Positions 25,416 through 36,504 of a DNA stretch of 64,000 nucleotides are shown here, one piece after another. The translations under genes were made by a program, and so were the position numbers. The DNA comes from Felis catus. Its lineage: Eukaryota. The stretch covers positions 113,896,001 to 113,960,000 of the forward strand of contig NC_058373.1 in the NCBI RefSeq assembly GCF_018350175.1, written 5' to 3'. Numbering within the stretch: position 1 is the first letter of the stretch; each line of letters opens with the position of its first letter. A model generated the notes under the pieces. That model searched no databases. It saw only the letters and a list, made by a program, of their open reading frames with translations, and had not been told where the DNA came from.

Positions 25416-25735
25416 AAGATATACTTGGAGAATGCGTTCTTAAAAAACAGCAAGCACTTTTGCAAAAATTATTAATCTTCCATTAATCCTTAAGTGCCTA
25501 ACAAAACTTTTGTTTTACCCCAGACTTTAGCCAGGGATATTTTCTCTCTCTCTCTCTCTGTCCCTTCTTCCCTCCCTCCCCATTCTCTCTCTCTCAAAAT
25601 AAATAAATAAACTTAAAAAAAAAAGATATACTTGGAGAATGAGTTCTTAAAAAACGGCAAGCACATTTGCAAAAATTATTAATCTTCCATTAAGCCTAAT
25701 GAAATCTTTATTTTACCCCAGACTTCGGCCAGGAT
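25305..25735. repeat. Local tandem duplication (~200-230-bp unit) of a SINE 3' half plus unique flank
   Basis: The (CT)n, tail, AAGATATACTTGGAGAATG...AAAAATTATTAATCTTCCATTAA...TTTTACCCCAGACTT block occurs twice (about 25305-25538 and 25534-25735). Confidence 0.93.
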
Positions 25736-26040
25736 GCGCCTTTCTAATTCAGTTCTGCATGGTTCCTTAGCACTGATTTCCTCATCCTTCAGAGGCCTTA
25801 AGTCAATCCATGGGGCAGACTTGCATCTCAGGGCTGTTGCAGCTCAAGGAAGCCTGAACCTGGGCATCTTTCACAGCATAGTGTAGAAGTGATTGCCTGC
25901 AGTTCTTATGGGCTTTCTCTTTCAGAAATCTTTTGTTCCCACCACAAGGCAAAAACAGGAAAAGAGATCTGTGTGAAAGAATGCTCTCCCTTTTCCTTTT
26001 GTGGTGATTGTGTATCTTAAGAGAAGTCCTCAGAGGTTCT

Positions 26041-26440
26041 CGGAGCTGTCTGTCTTTTCATGTAAATAGAGCCCTTAAGCCTATTTAGATGTGTGCGAGA
26101 GCCCGTGGGGGTTGGGGAAAAGACACCGAGGAGTAGCATCCGCGCCCCATTTAATTTATTCGAGTTCAGCTACGCATGCTCTTTCTTGTTTATAATTAAA
26201 GATACTGCAGAATTGCCTCTTGCGTTTCTAATTTTAATTATATGCTATGCGTATTACCGTATACACATATTACTGTGCAGTGTTGTAACTACAAAACCAT
26301 ACATTTTTTACTGGGAGGCTTAAGGGATTTTCCAGGGTGATTTTGACTATGTAAATTTTGCCTAACAGGCCAGCTTTAGAATGCAATCCTGATGTAAAAT
26401 GTGACCCTCTGTGTTAAATATTTTTAAATCGCTGGTTATA
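26041..26440. promoter_or_regulatory. Candidate conserved non-coding element/enhancer
   Basis: Repeat-free stretch with 12 CpGs in 400 bp of otherwise CpG-depleted intron, TAAT/ATTA clusters, and a kB-like GGGATTTTCC at 26324-26333. Confidence 0.45.
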
Positions 26441-26791
26441 CCAGAGCATAGGAGTGGGCATCCCTGGGAGTCATACCTTCAACACCAGAAACAGGTATAG
26501 GGTTGGTAATGGGCTTTACGTGTGGGAAAGGGATGAAGCCGAAGAAACTTGCGATATTCCACAGAAAAGAGAGAGGAATGAGGCAATCTGAGGCTGGGGA
26601 TTCCCAGACCAGGCAGGGAAGGGGGCTGATGGATAGTTCTGCCCATGAGAAGTTTTCCTCCAGTGAGTGCAGGGCTCCAGCTATCCTGGCCAAGGGGAGT
26701 AACCCCTGCTGGGTGGATAGTACCTCTTTTCCCTAGAATCCCTTCACCTTGTGATAATGCTTACTTGTGCATTGTTCCGTGTGAATGCTGC

Positions 26792-26794
<3 letters not shown>

Positions 26795-26838
<44 letters not shown>
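26795..26838. repeat. (GT)n microsatellite
   Basis: About 22 perfect units. Confidence 0.97.
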
Positions 26839-26841
<3 letters not shown>

Positions 26842-27324
26842 TGACGGTGTAGACTGAGTAGGAGGGAGAAGCAATGGTGCAGGAAAGAAGAGCCAGGGAG
26901 GCATGAGGATCTAGGGTCTGCAATTTTAGGAGCAAATTCTGCCTTTTATTCTGTGGCTGTGGTATTAGATGGGGCGGCATGGGGGGGAACCTGAGACACT
27001 GGGGGTGGAGCAGAGTAAAGGTCAAACTCGTGTGCACCTGGCAGCCCCCTCCCTGGCTGCCCTCCCTGCCCCTTTTCCCACCCCAGCCCCACTCCCAAGA
27101 CAGAATCTGTTTAATCAAATGCAGAAAACTTTTAGATCTCATAAGGAAGAAATGTGAACAACCTATCTGCGCACACCAGTTAGGCTTTTTACTAAGTGCA
27201 GTTGAATTTGTATTCACAGACTGCTGCTGTGTGAGTTTTACCTGCTCCCTCACCGAGCTCCTTGAGAAGGCTGATGGAATTTGGAGTGTCCTCCGCCTTG
27301 CCCCGGTGGTGTCCTAGCCATTGG

Positions 27325-27440
27325 TTTTTAAGCTAGTCTCTGAACCTTGATTTTCTCATCTGCATCGAAGAGGTGGTACCTACCTCGTTGGTGTGTTGGG
27401 AGGGTTGAAGGTAACAGGATATCTTCAAGCACTCTCCCCA
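27325..27440 (+). mobile_element. MIR fragment
   Basis: TCTCTGAACCTTGATTTTCTCATCTG...GTACCTACCTC. Confidence 0.6.
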
Positions 27441-27517
27441 ATGTTTGCAGATTGCTTATCAAACAAACTGCCCTACCAAGAGTTTGAACACAAAACATTC
27501 TAATGCATAAATATGAC

Positions 27518-27615
27518 ATTTAAGTCAAGATTCCTTGTTGCAAGTGATAAAAACCCAAATCTAACCAGCTTACACACAAAGCAGAATTTCGGGTTTCACA
27601 GAAGCCAGGAAATAC
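27518..27615 (-). mobile_element. MLT1-type LTR fragment
   Basis: TAAGTCAAGATTCCTTGTTGCAAGTGATAAAAACCCAAATCTAACCAGCTTA matches an MLT1J/K/L-like end. Confidence 0.55.
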
Positions 27616-29462
27616 CTAAGTGGGAAGGAAGCTAAGATGCAAATAGCCATGTAGAAGGGTTGGGGCAGAATGGGGACTCACAGGGCAGACAGTCCAGTTA
27701 TGTTAATGACATATTTCCAGCCAAAATTTAAGTAAGGTGTTTGAACTTCAATCTTATTTTATAATAACATTCATTATGAATACTTAATCTAATTTTACTT
27801 TGTAGATTTATTTAATATTGGTTACATATACAGTAAAGATTAATGTATTTCACAGTGCTTTTTTTTTCTTTTGACACTAGTTCTTATTTGAACACACGAA
27901 ACTACATTTTACTGTAAGCAAAACAGTATGTCAGGCTTTCAATTCGGAAACCTGAGTCAAATCTGCAAAGTCTTCTGGAGGAGGAAAGTTGTAAGACCTA
28001 CGTTCTTTCATAACAGGCCTAGCCCTTCCCCTCATCTGACATTTTCTTGTGGAAAACATCTGGTTTAAATGAGCATATTAATGGCAGCCTTGATCATCAG
28101 AAACCAGAACACAAAAATCATAAACAACGTATATAGTAGGTAAAAGGGTTGCCAAAAAGCAATGTGCAAAGAGAAGTCAGCAGCAAATTTATTTCACATG
28201 TAAATTTCACGTTTTGGGTGCTTGTCTTCTAATTGACCTACACTTCTCTTCTGGGAACAGCCAAGTCCTCCAAAACACAGGGGTAGGCACTTGTCCCATT
28301 TTGTCAAGCCTTTGAGATGATGGCTCAGCAAACATACCCTCCAATTTATGACCTTTCTTGCCACTGCATCAGAATTCACTGAAAACAACAGGTAGAGCTT
28401 AGGGTATGTTGCTTAGAGTTGGGGTGAGGATTGTGTCCATCTAAGATATGGCTCTTAAATTAGTAGGACGATTTAGACTAGCTGTCTTCTGGTAATCAGA
28501 GGTGGGGTTGCCATATTGGTCAACATGCAGAGTCCATTTGGGACTATCTTAAGGGAAATCTGAATGCCTTAAAAGCTCTTAGTTTTCTAGGAATTCTGTG
28601 ACTGAGGATGATTTCCAGGCAAGGATGGAACCAGACTTCTGCCATATTATCCGGGGTTTATAAGCTTAGTGGTGGAATTTACCAGAGTGGAAAAGAAGAG
28701 AAAATTTTCTGAGTAGATAGCAGTATTTTGGATGGCCAGGGATTTGTGAGAAGATTTTAGATGAATCAGTAAGAGATAGTGTGGAGTATCAGAGAACTTA
28801 ACCATAGAGGTGCAGGAGGCATCTTACAGGGTATTTACCTTTTAAGAGGCTAAGAAAGAGAAGAAAGGGAAAACTATACAAGTTAGTTTTTGGAACTTTT
28901 ACAGAGTCCTGACATAGTTACAACACAAGAGGTTGAGGCTGGGAATTAGTTCAATCAGAAAAGAGGTTAGACTAGTTTAGGGGGATTGAAAAGTACTGAA
29001 TAGGATGTCAGAAGCTTCCGGGATCCAAGGAACATGGATGGCAGGAAGTGAGAGAGAGAGAGGGATTTGCATTGTTTTAACCTCCTTCAACCTTTAACCT
29101 TCTCATCTGCCTTGTCTGGATATTACTAAACTCAAGTTGAAGGTATATGTATAGAGGCTGCACAGTAGTAGGAATAACATGGGATATAGTGTCTGAAGAA
29201 CTTTATCTCTCTGAACTGTACTTCTGCAATGGCATATAATGCTTACCACAAGGTTTGGTGTGAAATAAATGGGATAATCTAGGCCCAGTGGATTTGGAAT
29301 ACTGGCCAAATGAGTGGGATAGTCTTGGATTTCAGCATCCTATCCTGTATCCAGTTCACTTAACTGATAGGACCTCCTATTACCCTGATATCTGGAGTGC
29401 ATGGACGCTTAATGAACTAGAGATCTGTAATAATTTTCATCAGTGGTTAAAACACAATTCTT

Positions 29463-29921
29463 TTTTTTTTTAATTAAAAAAATTTTAATGTTTACTTATT
29501 TTTGAGAGAGAGAGAGAGAGAGAGAGAGTGAGTAGGGGAGGGGCAAAGAGAAGAGAGGGAGACACAGAATCCAAATTAGGCTCCAGGATCTGAGCTGTCA
29601 GCACAGAGCCTGACGCAGGGTTTGAACTCATGAACCGTGAGTTCATGACCTGAGATGAAGTAGGACATTTAACCAACTGAGCCACCCAGGCACCCCTTTA
29701 AAAACTTTTTTTAATGTTTATTTATTTTTGAGAGACAGAGAGAGACAGAATCAGGTGGGAGAGGGACAGAGAGAGAAGGGAGGGAGACACAGAATCTAAA
29801 GCAGGCTCCAAGCTCTGAGCTGTCAGCACAAAGCCTGATGTGAGGCTCTAACTCACCAATTGTGATATCATAACCTGAGCCGAAGTCAGATGCTTAACCA
29901 ACCGAGCCACCTAGGCATCCC
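29463..29921 (-). mobile_element. Two head-to-tail SINEC copies (29463-29696 and 29697-29921), probably nested
   Basis: Two complete antisense SINEs enclosed by one TSD, AAAA(C/T)ACAATTCTT, at 29449-29462 and 29922-29935. Confidence 0.93.
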
Positions 29922-30166
29922 AAAATACAATTCTTAAACTAGATTTGGAGGTAGGATTTTAATAGCAGAATTACTATGTCTTTGGGACAGTGATTAGATC
30001 ATAGTAAAGTTTGGTCTCTTAAGATTTATCACTTATTTATGGCTAAGAATGTCACACATACTTCTCAGGTTCCATAGTGAGTTTTTAGCAATAATTTCCT
30101 TGGAATCTGCTATGTATCAGGTGCTGTGCCAATGGCACAAAGGTGAATGACACATGGACCTTGTTT

Positions 30167-30294
30167 TGTGTTTAGTTCTTAAAGAAACATTGTATTTATT
30201 TTTTAAAGTAAGCTCTACACCCAACATGAGGCTTGAACTCACAACCCCAAGATCAAGAGTCATAGGTTCCACCGACCAAGCCAGTCACTGCCCC
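30167..30294 (-). mobile_element. Short old tRNA-derived carnivore SINE (SINEC_old-like) inserted in an antisense L2 relic
   Basis: GGCTTGAACTCACAACCCCAAGATCAAGAGTC...GCCCC with no (GA)n block. TSD ACATGG(A/G)CCTTGTTT at 30152-30166 and 30295-30309. Confidence 0.85.
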
Positions 30295-30739
30295 ACATGG
30301 GCCTTGTTTATAAGGTGCTCCCAGATCAGTGGGACATACTGGTATGAAAATAATTCGCTTTGCTATATAAGATAGCAAGTGCTATTGTATTGGTATGAAT
30401 CAAGTAGCACAGAGGAAGAAAACAGTTTGCTCTGAAAGATCTCATAGATGAGGGAGTAGATGGCTAGTGTTTTGAGGGATGAATATTATCAACAAAATAT
30501 GAATTTTAAATATAGTTGGAAATGTAGTTAGTAAGATGTAGGGCCACCAAATTGGATAAAGTATGTGTATTGGGCTTATAGGTGGTAGATGGATGATCTC
30601 AACATGTTTGTTCTTTCTTTCTTTCCCTACTTGTAAGGAAGTCCTTGTCTAGCAATAGTGTTTGCACTATTGGAAATAGGCTTTAGATACATCCATCTCT
30701 GGAAGGAGGATGGCATTTTGATCTACATGGAGTTGTTAG

Positions 30740-30965
30740 AGGCAGTGTGGTATGAATGAGGAAAGGATAGGGTATGAGACAAGGTTCTTATTTCTACCAC
30801 CTAAAAGGCGAGTGTCTTTTGACAAGTTGCATATATTCATGGTGATTTTGATACATCTATGAAATAGAATTAACAGTGCCAACCTCACAAGACTGTTGCA
30901 TCAAGGGCACTAATAAATGTGAAGGCACTGTGTCAAGTGCTGTGAAAATACATAAATGTTATTAT
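30740..30965 (+). mobile_element. MIR
   Basis: GAGGCAGTGTGGTATG...GTGTCTTTTGACAAGTT...CATCTATGAAATAG...AATGTGAAGGCACT. Confidence 0.55.
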
Positions 30966-31619
30966 TTTATCAAAAACTTCAGCAAACCATTTATTTATAT
31001 AGTTCTATGTAATATGTAGAGTCATAGAGAGAGAGGACCCATCTTCTAGGAAAACAGAATCTGGATTCTGTATCAGCTCCAAAGTAGGAGAATGAAGCCT
31101 TAAGTTCTCACCAGGTGCTCTTAACCTGAAAAGTAGACTTGTGGGTCTACTCCATTGCCTCCATGGACCTGATATACTCTTCTGCTAGGTAAGAGGACAT
31201 TTGAAAAAGGGGTGGAATACTGGGCTTTCAGGAAGGACATTACTCTTTTTTCCTCTTTGGAAATATTTGCTCTTTTGGTTTTGAGCTATGAATGTGAAGG
31301 ATCCAGCTGATTCTGATCCCCAGAATAACCCTAATAATAGAAACACTGTGACAAGCACAAATATTAAAAACATACCTCAATTTAGGCAACCAAGGTAAGG
31401 TAAATACGTATGGTATCATAAGAAAAAAATTCCCTTATGCAACCCTGGAAACATAATTTAAGGTCATTGCATTCAACATCAAAGAGATGACGACAAAGAG
31501 GACGTGTTTGCCACTAAAAGATTTCAATGAAATGATTAGTCTTCTGTACAAAGGCAGTAGAAGGAGAGTCGTGAAAATCAATAATTTCTCTTATGTAAAG
31601 CAAAATTGGGAGGTTCCAT

Positions 31620-31818
31620 TAACATCAAAATTACAATTTTTAAATTTACATAAAGTATATAGTTTGAGGAGTTTTGGCAAATGTGTGTACTAATAACCCT
31701 ATTTTCATCACCCCAAAAAGTTCCTGAATGTTCCCTTGCAGTCATTCCCTCCCCTCCCCTCCCCTCCCCTAGCTCCAGGAAAACACTGATTTGCTTTCTG
31801 ATTTGCTGTAGTTTTGCT
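31620..31818 (-). mobile_element. Old L1 (L1MB/MC-like) 3' fragment
   Basis: GAGTTTTGGCAAATGTGT...TTTCATCACCCCAAAAAGTTCC...CACTGATTTGCTTTCTG. Confidence 0.65.
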
Positions 31819-31917
31819 AAAGTGTAATTTTAATTTACTTATTAACAGAAATAATGATAGTTGGACATCATCAAAATTTAGGATTAGAAACCTTATACCT
31901 TTAGAAAGTGCAATTTT

Positions 31918-32121
31918 ATTTTTTAATTTAAAAAAAATTTATTTTTGAGAGAGAGAGACAGTGCAAGTGGGGAAGGGGCAGAGAAAGAAGGAGACAGAGA
32001 ATCCAAAGCAGGCTCCACACTGTCAGCACAGAGCCTGAGGCGGGGCTCGATCCCACTAACGATGAGATCATGATCTGAGAAGAAGTTGGACGCTTAACTG
32101 ACCTAGCCAGACAGGTGCCCG
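31918..32121 (-). mobile_element. SINEC
   Basis: Full antisense copy. TSD TAGAAAGTGCA(A/G)TTTT at 31902-31917 and 32122-32137. Confidence 0.95.
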
Positions 32122-33891
32122 TAGAAAGTGCAGTTTTAGCAATTTCTCTGGGCTTTGGTTTTATAATATTAATGAGGATGATAACAACTTTTCTATACAC
32201 CTCAGAAGGTTCCTATAAAAATCCAAAGAGATAATAGATGAACATTAGGTGTTTAGAATTTGATGGATTGTTTGGCAAATATTAATGTTAATCAAAAGGA
32301 AGGCACACCAAGATAGGAGCCATTTCACAGAGCAGTTTCATGCCAGCACTTTCTTGGTGCCCTCGACAGACCTTGAAGGAGAGTCCCCCCATGGTTATAA
32401 AGGAAGTTATCTTTGAAATAGTTGACGTATGGACCCAAAAGTCAGACTCCTGTCTCTCCAGCTGATATATCTGAGTTAACATCAGATTAATCCTATATAT
32501 CACTTTGGATATGAATATAATATAATAAAAGTGTTCACAGTGGCTGCAGCTTACACAGTGCTTTATCATAACAAATGAAACAATTTATTCCACGCTCAAG
32601 CTCCTACCGCCTTGATTCTGAGCTACGTCAGCTTTATGGTTCCCATTTTACACAGATAAAAACAAACTTTTCAGATGTCACGTAATATGCCAGAGGCTTC
32701 CATGTGGTCTATCAGCTACTGTTATAAATCACTGTTGCTTTAAACCAGTGAACTAAATGCCATGTTTATTGAAAATTGTTTTGAGTGGAGAGCAGAGACT
32801 AATGTATAAAACAAGTCCTCTGATCAAGCTAACATTTTTCTCTGGGCAGCAAGAAGAGAATCGCATTCCCTGCTAGTCAGAAAAACCAGGCCAATTTTAT
32901 CTTCCCTCTCTGGGAGATACCACTTTAGATACTCCATAGACATGCCTGACACATTCAGGTTGTGTGTATTTTTCTTAGATGAACTGTTAGAGTTCATATA
33001 TATATATGCCAATGTGCGCGTGCACATACACACATCCCAAGCTGCCATTTGTCTCTGTGTATGCATACATGTCATGTGTAAATTGCACATTTTCAAAAAA
33101 CACAAATGATCACCAGCTGGTCACTCTCACTTCCTCCCATGTACATTTTGGAGCTTCCCCATAGGGAAGCGAAACTGATGGTGGGTTGGAAAAGATTGAA
33201 TTTGCTGAAGTGGATTCAGCCAAGTGGCTGTTTACGGATGACCTTTGTCTTCTTGGGGGTAATAGCAGGCGGAATGTCTGATCCCATCCCATTACAATTA
33301 GAATCATAAACTGTTGGCTTTGTGAGTTCGTTCGCCTAAGACGGTGATGAATGAGGAATCCAAAGACCTGGGTTTGAGCTCTACCTCTAAATATCTACAT
33401 ATGTGTAAAGACAGCTCTGTCTACCACTACAGAGAATTTTCCTCTTCTCTCCTAGCTTCCCTATGAGACTCTCAAATCCTCAAAGACACACTGCATCTGT
33501 AATTTACACAGTATTCACTTTGTCCTCTTTTCTGTTCCTACTCTGCATTCAGTAGAGATGTAATAAGTACTTGCTGATGGATGCAGTGGGACCACATCCT
33601 GCTTTGGATGAACTGGAATTCTATTTCAGAGTATTTCCACTCAGAAATACTCTTCTTCAGTACTGTCGCTACTGTTAAGATTCAGCTGGAGCAGTGTCAT
33701 CAGATACCTTCTTCCCTTGGGTCTCACCCTCTGGTCCCCTAGAAAATGGGGCTGTGAGCACACTCCCTGGCTCCAGTCTAGACCTTTCATGGGTAGCCTT
33801 CTACTGAGCAGTGTTTCTGGGGCCTTGTGTTTTAGTGTCTACATTGCTTCCAACTCTTAGCAGTCTGGTGAAGTAGAGCCTTAGTAGATAT

Positions 33892-34014
33892 TCCCTCCCT
33901 TTCTTCCTCTCTTTCTTTTTCTCTCCCTTCCTTCCTTCCTGTTTCTCTCTCTGCCCCTTTCTCTCTGTCTGACCTTCCCCCTCTCCCTCCCTCTGTTTTC
34001 TCTACCCTTCTTTT
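33892..34014. repeat. Polypyrimidine (CT-rich) low-complexity tract
   Basis: About 120 bp that are almost entirely C/T. Confidence 0.85.
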
Positions 34015-34046
34015 GCCAAGACAGACTGAACTCTCATGAGTGTTTT

Positions 34047-34267
34047 CAAAAAATTTTTTAAATGTTTATTTATATGAGAGAGAGAGTCTGCTAGCAGGGG
34101 AGGGGCAGAGAGAGAGAGAGATGGAGACAGAATCTGGAGTAGGCTCTAGATTCTGAGCTGCCAATACAGAGCCCGATGTGGGGCTTGAACCTACGAGCCA
34201 TGGGATCGTGACCTGAGCCGAAGTCACATGCTCAACTGCTCAACCCACTGAGCCACCCGAGTGCCCC
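34047..34267 (-). mobile_element. SINEC
   Basis: TSD AACTCTCATGA(G/A)T(G/A)TTTT at 34029-34046 and 34269-34286. Confidence 0.95.
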
Positions 34268-34359
34268 TAACTCTCATGAATATTTTAAGTGTTTCACAGA
34301 ACACAAAATCTTTACCTTCACAAGGGGGACTAAATGTTGGAGTTTTAATTCCTCAGAAT

Positions 34360-34910
34360 AAGCAGATTTTAAAACAAACCAGACCACGTCAGTCTCCTAC
34401 TTGAGGATCACCAGGGGTCTCCCACCATGCTTAGAACCAAACCCAAAGCCTTTGTGCTGGGCCTCCAAGATGCTGCCTGACTCAGCCTGGCCCACCTCTC
34501 TGACCCCTATCCTCACTCACTAACCTCCAGCCAGCCTGGTCTTCTTTGGGTTCTTAAAGCTTGTTTCTCCCTCAGGACCTTAAAACTAGACTCTTCTGCC
34601 TCAGTGTGTGCCCTGAACTCTGTGTTACCCTAGAGTTGTTGCTCAGATCTCAGCCCAGATGTCCTCTCTCAGACAAGACTTCCCTGACCATCCTATCAGT
34701 AACCCCACACACAGTATTTTATTTCCTCATGTTACTCATCATAATCTGAAATTGGCTGGCTCATCTCCTGGTTTCCTTGTATAGCGTTGGACTCTGAGTA
34801 GCGTGTACACTCACTCCACAGTGCACACACAGGCTTTATTTGTCCTGTTCTTTGTTATTCCGGAACTTAGAGCAGTGCCTGTCACCCAGTGGCTGCTCAA
34901 TAAACATAAC
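34360..34910 (+). mobile_element. L2 3' fragment
   Basis: CTCTCAGACAAGACTTCCCTGACCATCCTA...CTTAGAGCAGTGCCTGTCACCCAGTGGCTGCTCAATAAA. Confidence 0.72.
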
Positions 34911-35094
34911 ATGTGGACTCGGTGAGGGATGGAATCTGACATTATTTACCTCTCTCAGATTTTCCTTCTCTCTGTCTCTGTTTCTCTCTCATTTATTTTG
35001 CAGAACCTGCATCATGAAAAGCAGGGTGACCTAATGCTGGACCACAGGCCTTGGGTCAGAGCCCTGTCTTTACCTGTTCACTTGATCCAGAGCT

Positions 35095-35147
35095 GAGGGA
35101 GGGGCCAAGATGGCAGAACAGCATGGAAGGGGTTTTTTTTGCGTCAA
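35095..35147 (+). mobile_element. Tailless ~53-bp insertion resembling the extreme 5' end of a felid L1
   Basis: GAGGGAGGGGCCAAGATGGCAGAACAGCATGGAAG...TTTTTTGCGTC (contains the YY1 core CAAGATGGC), flanked by TTGATCCA(G/A)AGCT at 35082-35094 and 35148-35160. Confidence 0.72.
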
Positions 35148-36189
35148 TTGATCCAAAGCTTCTAGTCTCGCATAACTGCCAATTTGAAACAGCTGTTATA
35201 GAACCACTCTCTCTTCCTGTTGGTCAATAAGTAAATCAGAGAAATTTCAAATAATCTGTAATACTTTTCTAACATTCACTCTGCTAATACCTTTCAACCC
35301 TTTCAGCCTTCCATTACTGAATGGCTTCCTCAGTTCCTTTACCCTGTGAGGCACCCTGCAATCTAGCCCAATATGAGAGAAGCCATGTAAGCTCTATATA
35401 TTGCTGAGCCTTCAGATATGGCCAGAGAAATGTGCTTGTGAAGAGAAAGAGGAAGATGGTTCACCCAGGGACCATTTATGGAGGAGGCCGAGTACCAAAA
35501 TCAAGTGTGTAGCTTTAGCCATTTCTTATCAGAAAGTCTGGACTAGAAAGATGAGTTCTCAGGATTTTCCTGAGAAAGGAATTCTATTTTTATTTGGATT
35601 TTGAGAGATTATCTCTGTAACTTCCCACAGTCAGAGGCTGAACTCCTAGATGACCCTCGCAGTATAATGAGCAGGATGGCCTAGGCCTTGTGTACTCATG
35701 GAAAGTGCAACATAGCTTGCCTTGTTGGTTTTTCTGGAGATATCACATTTGGGTTACAGGGGTTCAGCCAGTCTTTGGTTGTCACGCAGAGCAGTTTTAT
35801 GGGAATAGTTGTATAATGCTAACATCTGTAGACTGAGAGCTTGACTGCTGGGAAAGACCGTGTATCTTGGGAGCTAATTCTTGGTAAATAAAATATTCAG
35901 CACTTCCCCCACCCTTGCCTGGGCACAGGCACCATTCCATCTACCATTTCCATCTGTATTGGTGGATGAGCTATGTGCATATTTTCTTATCACCTTGCAG
36001 TATACATTTTTGGCAAATTAAAGAGCAAAGCAAAGGCCCTTGGCTTTTTAACTTTTCTGCTTTCTTGGTATTTCCACATGAGACAGAATATTAAAAGGTT
36101 AGAGGATTTCTCTTTCAAGATTTCTGATGAGGAGATACAGACTGACTGATAGCCACATGCCTGCTGTCCTCAGTTTCAAGTCTATATTC

Positions 36190-36482
36190 CTATTTCTCCT
36201 TTTCCATGACGCCTCTCTTGCCCACTCTGTTTAAAATGGCAACCTGTTCCCACACATTATACCAAATCCCTTTACTCTAATTTGTTTCCTGTAGAAATGA
36301 TCACTTTTGACATACCATGTAACTTACCACGTTTTGTATTCATTGTCTGCCTTCCCCTGGTAGAATACAGACTCCACAGGGTGAGGATTTCTTGCTCTTT
36401 TATTTGCATTGTATGTCTAAGTGCCTAGAACAGTGCCTGGTGTATAATTAAACCTTTGGTAAATATTCCTTGAATAAATGAG
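36190..36482 (+). mobile_element. L2 3' fragment
   Basis: GTGCCTAGAACAGTGCCTGGTGTATAATT...AAATATTCCTTGAATAAATGA. Confidence 0.75.
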
Positions 36483-36504
36483 CCAACATCCCAGTGACAG
36501 GAGA

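Noticed and set aside
26744..27253. 169-aa minus-strand ORF
   Set aside because: Extended by the (GT)n microsatellite (THTHTH), with no protein-like features.
30167..30294. tRNA-like A/B boxes here and at 55717-55847
   Set aside because: These are tRNA-derived SINEs with tails and TSDs, not tRNA genes.
33628..33653. Perfect 10-bp hairpin AGAGTATTTC-N6-GAAATACTCT
   Set aside because: About one such stem is expected by chance in a window this size, and it is too short for a pre-miRNA.
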